This document shows positions 47,174 through 55,806 of a stretch of DNA of 64,000 bases, piece after piece. Positions within the stretch are counted from its first letter, which is position 1. Every line of letters begins with the position of its first letter. The position numbers and the translations under genes were made by a program. Below the pieces are notes generated by a model. The model did no database searches. It saw only the letters and a list, made by a program, of their open reading frames with translations, and was not told the origin of the DNA. This DNA comes from an uncultured Rikenellaceae bacterium (GTDB taxonomy: Bacteria > Bacteroidota > Bacteroidia > Bacteroidales > VadinHA17), in the NCBI GenBank assembly GCA_964634565.1, contig CAZWLP010000006.1, positions 6,242 through 70,241 on the forward strand, in the 5' to 3' direction.

Positions 47174-47545
47174 ATGAATACAGCATTATTACTTATACCC
47201 GCCGCATTCTCGGGCATCAATAAAGAGGCCGGCATTATTGTTTTGATCGGATACCTTATCGTCTTTATTGCTCTTATAGTACTTTACCTTGTGTTCAGAT
47301 ATATGGTGCCGCTTATTCTTAAGATTAAGCTATACAGAAGGGCTGCAAGGGAGGGCAGACACCTTGATGAATCTGAAAAAACTCAAATGACAGGTGCGGT
47401 TAATGCTGCAATTGCAACAGCTCTTTACCTTTATTTTAACGAACAACATGATGTTGAGAGCAACATTATAACAATAAGGAAAGTTTCCAGGGCATATTCA
47501 CCTTGGAGCTCAAAAATACATAGTATGAAAAACCTTCAACGTTAA
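47174..47545 (+). CDS. OadG/MmdD-like small membrane subunit of the Na+-translocating decarboxylase
   Basis: 123 aa with a single N-terminal transmembrane helix. The call rests on its position between the alpha and biotin-carrier subunits. Confidence 0.6.
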   Translation: MNTALLLIPAAFSGINKEAGIIVLIGYLIVFIALIVLYLVFRYMVPLILKIKLYRRAAREGRHLDESEKTQMTGAVNAAIATALYLYFNEQHDVESNIITIRKVSRAYSPWSSKIHSMKNLQR

Positions 47546-47555
47546 CCAGGGATTA

Positions 47556-47975
47556 ATGAAGAATTATAAATTTACTATCAGTGGACATACTTACGAGGTC
47601 GATATCCTTGATTTTGAAGGAGATCTGGCTAAGATCGAAGTAAACGGAACACCATATATGGTTGAAATTCATCAGCAGGTAAAGCATCAAAAAACTCCTA
47701 CTCTTGTAAGGCCTGTTATGAAAGAACCTAATAAATCTATTGAAAAGAAAGAGGGATCTACCAGGCTTGCTATTAAGGCTCCTCTTCCTGGTATTATCCT
47801 TGAACTGTCTGTTAAAGAGGGGGACATGGTTAAGAAAGGCCAGAAGCTTGCAGTAATGGAAGCAATGAAAATGGAAAACGAGATAAAGGCAGAGAAGGAT
47901 GGGGAGATAGTTTCTGTTAAAATAAGTCAGGGACAATCTGTTCTGCAGGATGAAGTGTTAATCGAAATAGGCTGA
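47556..47975 (+). CDS. Biotin carboxyl carrier subunit (MmdC-like)
   Basis: 139 aa with the biotinyl-lysine motif EAMKMENEI. Confidence 0.85.
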   Translation: MKNYKFTISGHTYEVDILDFEGDLAKIEVNGTPYMVEIHQQVKHQKTPTLVRPVMKEPNKSIEKKEGSTRLAIKAPLPGIILELSVKEGDMVKKGQKLAVMEAMKMENEIKAEKDGEIVSVKISQGQSVLQDEVLIEIG

Positions 47976-47977
47976 TA

Positions 47978-49315
47978 ATGAAGAGGTTTATTACTGTCAT
48001 TGCGATCCTTAGTGTTTTAAGTATAACATGGACTGCTTTTGTAAAGCCGGAAAAAGACTCTAACAGGGATAATCTTTCGCAAAAAGTTGAAAATGTATCT
48101 GCAGGCTCACAGGAATTAGAAAAGGATAGTCCTGGCTTATCAGGTTTAAAGAAATTCTGGGATTATTCCGGATTCAGGAATGCTACCCGCGGACACCTGA
48201 TAATGATAGTGGTGGGTTTGTTCTTTATTTTTCTTGCCATAAAGTATGACTATGAACCCTTATTGCTTATCCCTATTGGTACGGGAATACTGATAGGGAA
48301 TATCCCCTTTTATCAGGATGGAGGTTATAATCTGCAGCTTGGCATATATCAAAGTGGTAGTGTAATGAACTACCTTTACTTTGGGGTATTAAAAGGGGTA
48401 TACCCTCCATTGATATTCCTTGGCATAGGGGCTATGACCGACTTTTCATCTCTTTTATCCAATCCCAGGCTTATGATCCTTGGAGCTGCGGCACAGATTG
48501 GTATATTTATTACATTTCTGGGGGCCCTGCTTTTTGGCTTTGCGCCACCTGAGGCAGGTGCAATTGGAATTATCGGGGGAGCCGATGGCCCTACTGCTAT
48601 ATTTCTTTCATCAAGGCTGGCTAATGGTGTAAACATTCTTGCAGATGGTACTACTGTGAAGAACCTGATTGCCCCAATAGCTATTGCAGCATATTCCTAT
48701 ATGGCTCTTGTACCTGTTATTCAGCCGCCAATAATGAGGCTGCTTACAACTAAGAAGGAACGATTGATCAGGATGAAGCCTCCAAGGCAGGTTTCTAAAG
48801 TAGAAAAGATAATATTCCCGATAATAGGTTTGCTCTTAACCGCATTTATTTCGCCCAGCTCACTGCCATTGCTTGGTATGTTGTTTTTTGGGAATCTTTT
48901 GAAAGAGTCGGGCGTAACAAAGCGACTGGCAGAGACAGCCAGGACCTCAATGGTTGATATTGTAACAATATTACTTGGTATAACTGTTGGTGCATCTACG
49001 CAGGCAGATATTTTTCTGACTCCTGACTCCATGTTTATCTTTGCGCTGGGAGCAGTTTCTTTTGTTATAGCAACAGCAGGTGGATTGATTTTTGCCAAAT
49101 TTATGAATATATTCCTGAAAGGTGATAATAAGATTAATCCTCTTGTTGGAGCCGCAGGAGTATCTGCAGTGCCGGATGCTGCCAGGGTAGTACAGAATGA
49201 AGGATTAAAGGCTGATCCAACCAATCATCTGCTTATGCATGCAATGACTCCTAATGTGGCAGGTGTAATTGGCTCGGCAGTTGCTGCTGGTATTTTATTA
49301 AGTTTCCTTGGATAA
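47978..49315 (+). CDS. mmdB: Na+-translocating decarboxylase beta subunit (OadB/MmdB family)
   Basis: 445-aa polytopic membrane protein with OAD_beta-type motifs (GAMTDFS, GGADGPT, AAGVSAVP). Confidence 0.85.
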   Translation: MKRFITVIAILSVLSITWTAFVKPEKDSNRDNLSQKVENVSAGSQELEKDSPGLSGLKKFWDYSGFRNATRGHLIMIVVGLFFIFLAIKYDYEPLLLIPIGTGILIGNIPFYQDGGYNLQLGIYQSGSVMNYLYFGVLKGVYPPLIFLGIGAMTDFSSLLSNPRLMILGAAAQIGIFITFLGALLFGFAPPEAGAIGIIGGADGPTAIFLSSRLANGVNILADGTTVKNLIAPIAIAAYSYMALVPVIQPPIMRLLTTKKERLIRMKPPRQVSKVEKIIFPIIGLLLTAFISPSSLPLLGMLFFGNLLKESGVTKRLAETARTSMVDIVTILLGITVGASTQADIFLTPDSMFIFALGAVSFVIATAGGLIFAKFMNIFLKGDNKINPLVGAAGVSAVPDAARVVQNEGLKADPTNHLLMHAMTPNVAGVIGSAVAAGILLSFLG

Positions 49316-49360
49316 ACCCTTGCTATTAGCTAGGTTTGGAATATTCTCAAAGAGATATCT

Positions 49361-50581
49361 ATGAAAAATAATGTTTCCATAACAGGTAATTCCGGCCCAA
49401 AGGTAAGATCTGATTGCGAGGTCAGACTGGTTATTTCAGGTAATAAAGAAAATATAATTCAGATAGAATCAAAGGTTTCATCCATGTATGGACGATCGAT
49501 AAAGTCCATTATCGAAGATATATTTAAGTATTATAGTATTACCGGAGCCGAACTAAGTATTAATGATAAAGGAGCACTGCCATTTGTGATTGCTGCGAGG
49601 GTAGAGGCTGCAATAAAGGAGTGTATTGATACAGATAAGGAGTATCTGCCAGAGATGATTCCTGAAAATCTATATAGTTCCGATTATTCGCGTTATCGCT
49701 TTAGCCGTCTTTATCTTCCAGGCAATACTCCAAGTATGATGTTAAATGCCGGCTTGCACTCTCCTGATGGAATAATACTGGACCTGGAAGATTCAGTTGC
49801 TCCGGAAAAGAAAAATGAGGCCAGGTACCTTGTAAGAAACGCACTTAGATCTCTTAATTTTTATGGGGTGGAGCGTATGGTAAGAATTAACCAGGGTGAA
49901 ATGGGTCTTTCAGACCTTAAGTATATTGTTCCACATAATGTACACCTGATACTGGTTCCTAAATGTGAAAGTGCTGAATATATATCCGGGCTGGAGGAAG
50001 AAATAGACCGTATCAGGAAAAAAAATAGTATTAAGAATAAAATTTTCCTGATGCCAATACTTGAGAGTGCGCTGGGAATTGAAAAGGCTTTTGAAATCGC
50101 TGTGGCCAGTAAGAATGTTGTTGCCCTTGCTATAGGGCTTGAAGATTATACAGCAGATATTGGTGTTCAGAGAACAAATAGCGGAGAAGAGTCATTATAT
50201 GCCAGAATGAAACTGGTAAATGCTGCCAAAGCTGCTGGAGTTCAGCCTATAGATTCAGTATTTTCTGATGTTTCAGATATGGATGCCCTGAAAGAAAATG
50301 TACTCAGGTCAAAAGCACTGGGTTTTGAAGGTATGGGATGTATTCACCCTCGCCAGATAAATGTAATACAAAGGGCATTTGCTCCGGATTCTGAAGAGAT
50401 AGAGAAAGCATCGAGGATAGTTAATGCCTTTAGAGAAGCAGAAAAACAGGGCTTAGGCGTGGTAGCGCTCGGATCTAAGATGATTGATCCTCCCGTTGTA
50501 AAAAGAGCAATAAGAACCATCACTCTTGCTGAAAAACTAAGCCTGTTACCTGAGGATTGGAAAACTAAGTATAACGATTAA
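49361..50581 (+). CDS. Citrate lyase acyl-carrier (CitD) domain fused to citryl-CoA lyase beta subunit (CitE)
   Basis: 406 aa. The N-terminal roughly 95 aa are CitD-like (...RSDCEVRL...NDKGALPFVIAARVEAA). The remainder belongs to the HpcH/CitE family (LYLPGNTPSMM...ILDLEDSVAP...GFEGMGCIHPRQ). Confidence 0.75.
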   Translation: MKNNVSITGNSGPKVRSDCEVRLVISGNKENIIQIESKVSSMYGRSIKSIIEDIFKYYSITGAELSINDKGALPFVIAARVEAAIKECIDTDKEYLPEMIPENLYSSDYSRYRFSRLYLPGNTPSMMLNAGLHSPDGIILDLEDSVAPEKKNEARYLVRNALRSLNFYGVERMVRINQGEMGLSDLKYIVPHNVHLILVPKCESAEYISGLEEEIDRIRKKNSIKNKIFLMPILESALGIEKAFEIAVASKNVVALAIGLEDYTADIGVQRTNSGEESLYARMKLVNAAKAAGVQPIDSVFSDVSDMDALKENVLRSKALGFEGMGCIHPRQINVIQRAFAPDSEEIEKASRIVNAFREAEKQGLGVVALGSKMIDPPVVKRAIRTITLAEKLSLLPEDWKTKYND

Positions 50582-50602
50582 CTTCCTTATTGTATATTTG
50601 TT

Positions 50603-52159
50603 ATGAGCACAAAACTTGTTAAGAATGCGCTTGGAAGAATGGTTGTAAGCGAGCTAAACGGAGAGGTAGCCATTCCCTTTCAGGGTGTAGGTAAATATCG
50701 GCCGGATAGTTACAAACATGCACCGAAGATATCAAGCTGTGCCGATTTTCCGCTCGACGGCAATAAACAGGTGAAATCAATCAGGGAAGCACTTAAAAAA
50801 AGTGGTTTAAAAGATGGTATGACAATATCTACCCATCATCATTTCAGAAATGGAGATCTTGTTGCAAATATGGTTTTTGATGCAGTTAAGGAATTGGGAG
50901 TTAAAGATATAAGATGGTTTCCTTCTGCCTCTTTTCCATGTCATGAACACCTGATACAATATCTGGAAGACGGAACTATTCATCATATCGAGGGAAGCAT
51001 GAATGGCCCACTGGGTAAATATGTTTCTGAAGGCAGGATGAAGGGAACAGGTGTTCTCCGGTCACACGGAGGAAGATACCAGTCGGTCCAGGATGGAGAG
51101 GTGAAGATAGATATTGCCATTATTGGGGCCCCTGCAGCCGATCCATTCGGCAATGCAAATGGATTGCAGGGGGAATCGGCATGTGGATTGCTGGGATTTG
51201 CCCTGGCTGACTCGCAGTATGCTGATAAGGTTATTATTGTTACTGATAATCTGGTAGATTTTCCCTGCATACCCTGGCAGATACAGGGAAATTATGTTGA
51301 TTATACCGTAGTGGTCGACAAGATTGGGATTCCGGATAGAATAATATCGGGCACAACAGTAATTACCAGGTCGCCCGACAGGTTGTTGCTTGCAGAGATG
51401 ACAGCCAGGTTTTGTGATGAAGCCGGTATAATAAAGGATGGATTTTCATTTCAGAGCGGGGCAGGAGGGACCTCTCTTGCTGTAGGTGAATTTTTTAAGG
51501 AGATAATGAAGAAGAAAGGCATTAAAGCCAGGTTTGCCAGAGGAGGAAGTAATAAGTACCTTGTATCGATGCTTGAAGAGGGTCTGGTAGATTATATACT
51601 GGATGGTCAGACCTTTGACCTGGATGGCGTAACTTCAATGGCTAATAATCCTGATCATGTGTGGACAAGCCCGTTTACCAGTTATAATTACCATGGTAAG
51701 GGTAATTTTGCCGGTATGGTTGATGTTGTTATACTTGGAGCAACAGAAGTTGATGTTAATTTCAATGCCAATGTTGTTACACATTCTGATGGTTATCTTT
51801 TGCACGGAATAGGTGGATGGCAAAATTGTCTTTTTTCCAAAACAGTTATACTTCCGCTTCCTCTTTTCAGGGATAGAATACCTGTTGTAATTGATGAGGT
51901 AACAACTCTGTGTGGTCCCGGAGAATTAATTGATGTAATTGTTACAGAAAGAGGCATTGCTATTAACCCACGGAGGAAGGATCTCCTGGAAAAACTTAAG
52001 GATTCAGATCTGCCACTTAAGACAATAGAAGAACTTAAAGAAGAGGCCGAAAGGATATGTGGTAAGCCTGAGAAGGCTGATCTTTCAGACGACATAATAG
52101 CTGTTGTTAAATGGGTGGATGGTACAATAATTGACGTTGTAAGACGTGTTACTGTTTAA
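50603..52159 (+). CDS. citF: Citrate lyase alpha subunit (citrate CoA-transferase)
   Basis: 518 aa. Length and motifs (ISTHHHFRNGD, FQSGAGGTSLAV) are as in CitF. Confidence 0.8.
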   Translation: MSTKLVKNALGRMVVSELNGEVAIPFQGVGKYRPDSYKHAPKISSCADFPLDGNKQVKSIREALKKSGLKDGMTISTHHHFRNGDLVANMVFDAVKELGVKDIRWFPSASFPCHEHLIQYLEDGTIHHIEGSMNGPLGKYVSEGRMKGTGVLRSHGGRYQSVQDGEVKIDIAIIGAPAADPFGNANGLQGESACGLLGFALADSQYADKVIIVTDNLVDFPCIPWQIQGNYVDYTVVVDKIGIPDRIISGTTVITRSPDRLLLAEMTARFCDEAGIIKDGFSFQSGAGGTSLAVGEFFKEIMKKKGIKARFARGGSNKYLVSMLEEGLVDYILDGQTFDLDGVTSMANNPDHVWTSPFTSYNYHGKGNFAGMVDVVILGATEVDVNFNANVVTHSDGYLLHGIGGWQNCLFSKTVILPLPLFRDRIPVVIDEVTTLCGPGELIDVIVTERGIAINPRRKDLLEKLKDSDLPLKTIEELKEEAERICGKPEKADLSDDIIAVVKWVDGTIIDVVRRVTV

Positions 52160-52195
52160 TTTCTAATATAAAATTTTTTACAAAATATTTTTTCT

Positions 52196-52354
52196 ATGAA
52201 GAAGTGCATTATTTGTGGATATATTTATAATCCTGAAGAAGGAGATCCAGTAGGAGGTGTCGTTCCAGGTACTGCTTTTGAAGATATAGATGAAGAGTGG
52301 AAATGCCCGCTATGCAGTGCAGGTAAAGAAGAGTTCGAAGACTTCGAGTTTTAG
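52196..52354 (+). CDS. Rubredoxin (52 aa, below the ORF-track length cut-off)
   Basis: Manual translation gives [52 protein letters not shown]. It has two CxxC pairs with canonical rubredoxin spacing and context (CxxCGY..., W.CP.C). Confidence 0.85.
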   Translation: MKKCIICGYIYNPEEGDPVGGVVPGTAFEDIDEEWKCPLCSAGKEEFEDFEF

Positions 52355-52379
52355 TTTCTGTTATTATTTGCCTGTTATA

Positions 52380-53831
52380 TTATGCATCTGGAATATTCTG
52401 TATTACATTAAGAAGTAAATCCCAGAATTTTTGGGTCGTATTTATATTTATCTTTTCCTCGGGAGTATGAGCTCCCTTTATTGTTGGTCCGAATGAGATC
52501 ATATCAAGACCGGGATATTTTTCCAGTATCAATCCACATTCAAGACCAGCATGAATGGCCCGGACCACCGGTTCTGTTCCAAATATGTTCCTGTACGATT
52601 CTGCTGTAATTTTAAGAATCTCCGAGTCAGTGTCAGGCTCCCACCCCGGATAACCATCTGAATGCTTAACAATTGCATCACTATCACTAAATATCTTTGC
52701 TATCCGGGATGCAAGAAGCTGCTTGGATTTATCATTAGAACTTCTCTGGCTTGTTACAACCTTGATTATCTTATCATCCATCTTTACAGATGCCAGGTTA
52801 GTTGATGTTTCAACCAGTCCTTTCATAGTTGGCGACCATGCAATTACTCCATGCGGGCACAGCTGAAGGCTTTTAAGCAGATTTTCCTGACTTGATCTGT
52901 TAATAATAGTTCCATTACCATCGTATGGTTCTATATTAATCGACAAATTTGCTTCGCTTGATGAAAATTCGCCCCTGATTTCCTTTTCCAGATTGCTTAT
53001 TGCTGATATAAGATCATCTTTACTGGCTTTGCTGTAGACAACAGAAAATGCCTCTCTGGGAATGGCATTTCTTAGGTTGCCGGCATCCAGATCTGAGATA
53101 TTTATTCCAAACAGATGGTCTAATTCGTTGATTACCTTTGTAATAACTTTTACAGAGTTAGCATATCCATTATGTATCTCATCTCCAGAATGGCCACCAT
53201 GAAGGCCGGTTACAGAGATTTTGAATGATGATTTGTTGCTTTCTGCCTTTTCCCTCTTATAATTGAAAAAAGAAACTGTATCTATTCCCCCTGCACATCC
53301 AATAAAGAGCTCTCCTTCATCTTCAGAATCGAGGTTAAGCAAAATCTTGCTGTTAAAGAATCCGGGTTCCAGGTTAATTGCCCCTGTCATGCCAGATTCT
53401 TCATCGACAGTAAAAAGGGATTCTATTTTGCCGCTTTTTATTCCTGGATCTGTCATTGCTGCCATCTGGGCAGCCATCCCAATTCCGTCGTCGGCTCCGA
53501 GGGTAGTAATTTTTGCTGTTACCCAGCCATCTTCAATTATTGGAACAATAGGATCTGTAAGCCAGTTGTGCTCTGTCTCTGCATCTTTTTCCCCAACCAT
53601 ATCCATATGACTTTGCAAAACGATGCATTTCCTGCTTTCATAACCCGGATCTGCTTCCTTGGTAATCAGAATATTACCAACCTTATCTTCATCAACCCTG
53701 AGTTTGTTCCTTATAGCGAAATCCTTAAGGAAGATTCTGATATTCCCTTCATTTTTCGATAATCTTGGTATTTTGCAGATTTCTTCAAAATAACCCCAGA
53801 CTATCTTAGGTTCTAAATGACTGATTACCAT
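52380..53831 (-). CDS. pepD: Aminoacyl-histidine dipeptidase (M20 family, PepD)
   Basis: 483 aa. N-terminal LEP..VW.YFEEI..IPR.S, plus the HMDMV and DDGIGMA motifs. Confidence 0.85.
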   Translation of the reverse strand: MVISHLEPKIVWGYFEEICKIPRLSKNEGNIRIFLKDFAIRNKLRVDEDKVGNILITKEADPGYESRKCIVLQSHMDMVGEKDAETEHNWLTDPIVPIIEDGWVTAKITTLGADDGIGMAAQMAAMTDPGIKSGKIESLFTVDEESGMTGAINLEPGFFNSKILLNLDSEDEGELFIGCAGGIDTVSFFNYKREKAESNKSSFKISVTGLHGGHSGDEIHNGYANSVKVITKVINELDHLFGINISDLDAGNLRNAIPREAFSVVYSKASKDDLISAISNLEKEIRGEFSSSEANLSINIEPYDGNGTIINRSSQENLLKSLQLCPHGVIAWSPTMKGLVETSTNLASVKMDDKIIKVVTSQRSSNDKSKQLLASRIAKIFSDSDAIVKHSDGYPGWEPDTDSEILKITAESYRNIFGTEPVVRAIHAGLECGLILEKYPGLDMISFGPTIKGAHTPEEKININTTQKFWDLLLNVIQNIPDA

Positions 53832-53991
53832 TATAAAATACAGATATTAACAGTAGTGAGTATTATTATTACTAAGTTACAAAAAAAAGATAATATTTTT
53901 CTATTATGTATGTTATATGTCCTTTGCAGGGATTAAAAAAGTTCTTATTTTAACTCGCTGAATATTATATTAATCTAAGTAATTGACGATT

Positions 53992-55185
53992 ATGAGCAAA
54001 AGAAAGATTGTTTCTCTTCCCGGCGACGGGATAGGTGAAGTAGTACTGCAACAGGCAATAAGAGTGCTTGATAAAGCTGGTTTTGAAGCAGAATATCTTC
54101 ATGGCGATATAGGATGGGAATTCTGGTGTAAGGAAGGAAACCCACTACCTCAGCGTACCATTGATCTGATTGCTGAACATAAGATTGCTCTTTTTGGCGC
54201 GATAACATCCAAACCAAAGGATGAAGCCTTCGAAGAGCTTGATATTAACCTGAGGGAAAAGGGTCTGGTTTATGCAAGTCCGATAGTTGGCTTAAGGCAA
54301 CATTTCAATCTTGATATTTGTTTGCGTCCCTGTCGCACTTATAAGGGAAATCCACTTAACTTTATTAAAAGAGGCAAAGATGGATCGGCAGAAGAACCAT
54401 ATGTTGATGTTGCAATATTTCGTCAGAATACAGAGGGATTATATGGGGGCGTTGAATGGACCAATCCCCCTGCTCAGGTCTACGATGCTCTTATGACTCA
54501 CCCCAAGTTCAGGAAGAATTTTGGTAATGCACCGGTTGAAGAAATATCGGTATCGACAAGAATTTTTACAGCCAGGGCAACAGAAAGAATACTGCGAGCT
54601 GCTTTTGAGCATGCCAGAAAATATGGATATAAATCAGTTACCGTTTGTGAAAAGCCAAACGTAATAAGGGAAACATCCGGAATGATGTTGTTAAAGGCTA
54701 AAGAGTTACAGAAGAACGAATATCCTGATATACAACTCTGGAATACTAATATTGATGCGCAGATGATGTGGCTGACCAAGAATCCGGAAGACTACGGTGT
54801 TATCGTTGCAGGTAATATGTTTGGTGATATTGTTTCGGATGCTTTTGCCGGTCTGATAGGTGGACTTGGATTCGCCTGCTCAGCACAGTTCTCAGCCGAT
54901 GGGATTGCCGTTTTTGAACCAACACACGGATCTGCACCAAAATATGCTGATTATAATACCTCAATAGTTAATCCGATTGCAATGATAGAGTCTGCATGTA
55001 TGATGCTCGATTATATCGAAGAGCAGGATATTGCTGCTAAAATCAGGAAAGCTGTAGCCCAGGTGGTTGAAGAGGGCAAGGTAAAGACCTACGATATGAT
55101 GAAGATGACCGGAAGGGAAGATGTTGTAGACAACGGAGCTGCTTCAACAATTGAGATGGCTGATGCTATTATTTCTAAATTGTGA
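53992..55185 (+). CDS. Isocitrate/isopropylmalate dehydrogenase family protein (probably isocitrate dehydrogenase)
   Basis: Start taken at the ATG at 53992 (MSKRKIVSLPGDGIGEVV). LRPCRTY, FRQNTEGLYGG.EW and NMFGDIVSD motifs are present. Substrate specificity is not resolvable by eye. Confidence 0.7.
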   Translation: MSKRKIVSLPGDGIGEVVLQQAIRVLDKAGFEAEYLHGDIGWEFWCKEGNPLPQRTIDLIAEHKIALFGAITSKPKDEAFEELDINLREKGLVYASPIVGLRQHFNLDICLRPCRTYKGNPLNFIKRGKDGSAEEPYVDVAIFRQNTEGLYGGVEWTNPPAQVYDALMTHPKFRKNFGNAPVEEISVSTRIFTARATERILRAAFEHARKYGYKSVTVCEKPNVIRETSGMMLLKAKELQKNEYPDIQLWNTNIDAQMMWLTKNPEDYGVIVAGNMFGDIVSDAFAGLIGGLGFACSAQFSADGIAVFEPTHGSAPKYADYNTSIVNPIAMIESACMMLDYIEEQDIAAKIRKAVAQVVEEGKVKTYDMMKMTGREDVVDNGAASTIEMADAIISKL

Positions 55186-55201
55186 TAGTAAAGATAAGCG
55201 T

Positions 55202-55759
55202 ATGAAAACTGATGTATTCGAATTATGGCCCGAGCTGGAATGGATTAAGGATAAAGATCTGCGTGAAAAAACTGCCAGGGTATGGGAGCTGGCTCTTGAG
55301 AGATCTGTCCTGAATGCTGATGATCTGAACAGGATACCATTTACTTTGCTCTGCGGACCTGATCTTAAAGTTAGTTTTATGGCGCATAAAAGATGCGTTG
55401 TTCATGTTGCCAGGGAAAGTGGTATAAAGATGAATGAGTTCTTTAAGGATGAGCTTCCGGTAAATATGGATATTCTGATTTCAGGGGCTATACTTGCTGA
55501 CGTTGGTAAACTGCTGGAATATGTTCTTGACAGCGATGGCAATGCAGTGCAGGGTAGCTATGGAAAATACCTGAGACATCCGTTTTCAGGAGTTGCACTT
55601 GCCGAAGAGTGCAAGCTTCCACCGGAAGTAAGCCATATTATTGCCGCACATGCAGGGGAAGGTGATCATGTTAAAAGAACAACTGAAGCTTATGTTGTTC
55701 ATCATGCTGACTTTATGACTTTCCTGCCATTTAAGAGCAGGTTGATAATCGATCGATAA
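55202..55759 (+). CDS. HD-domain metal-dependent phosphohydrolase (unknown specificity)
   Basis: Start taken at the ATG at 55202 (MKTDVFELWPE...). H...HD-like residues are present (HVARESG, AAHAGEGDH, VVHHAD). Confidence 0.55.
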   Translation: MKTDVFELWPELEWIKDKDLREKTARVWELALERSVLNADDLNRIPFTLLCGPDLKVSFMAHKRCVVHVARESGIKMNEFFKDELPVNMDILISGAILADVGKLLEYVLDSDGNAVQGSYGKYLRHPFSGVALAEECKLPPEVSHIIAAHAGEGDHVKRTTEAYVVHHADFMTFLPFKSRLIIDR

Positions 55760-55781
55760 GAGTATTTATAAGACCTTATAG

Positions 55782-55806
55782 AAGGGGGCTTTGCCCCCTT
55801 TTTTTT
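55782..55806 (+). terminator. Rho-independent terminator
   Basis: aagggggc (55782-55789) pairs with gccccctt (55793-55800), with loop ttt. A T-run extends to 55806. Confidence 0.8.

Noticed and set aside
48721-49224. 167-aa antisense ORF inside mmdB, and similar antisense ORFs (44170-44562, 27661-28020, 8185-8595, 7348-7668)
   Set aside because: They lie fully inside well-supported genes on the opposite strand. Their translations are Ser/Pro/Ala-rich mirror-frame products without recognisable motifs.
45604-49315. Decarboxylase complex read as oxaloacetate decarboxylase because of the adjacent citrate lyase
   Set aside because: The alpha subunit is an acyl-CoA carboxyltransferase (carboxyl_trans family, 519 aa), not an OadA-type pyruvate-carboxylase-like subunit. 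A methylmalonyl-CoA epimerase also leads the cluster. Methylmalonyl-CoA decarboxylase is therefore the better call.
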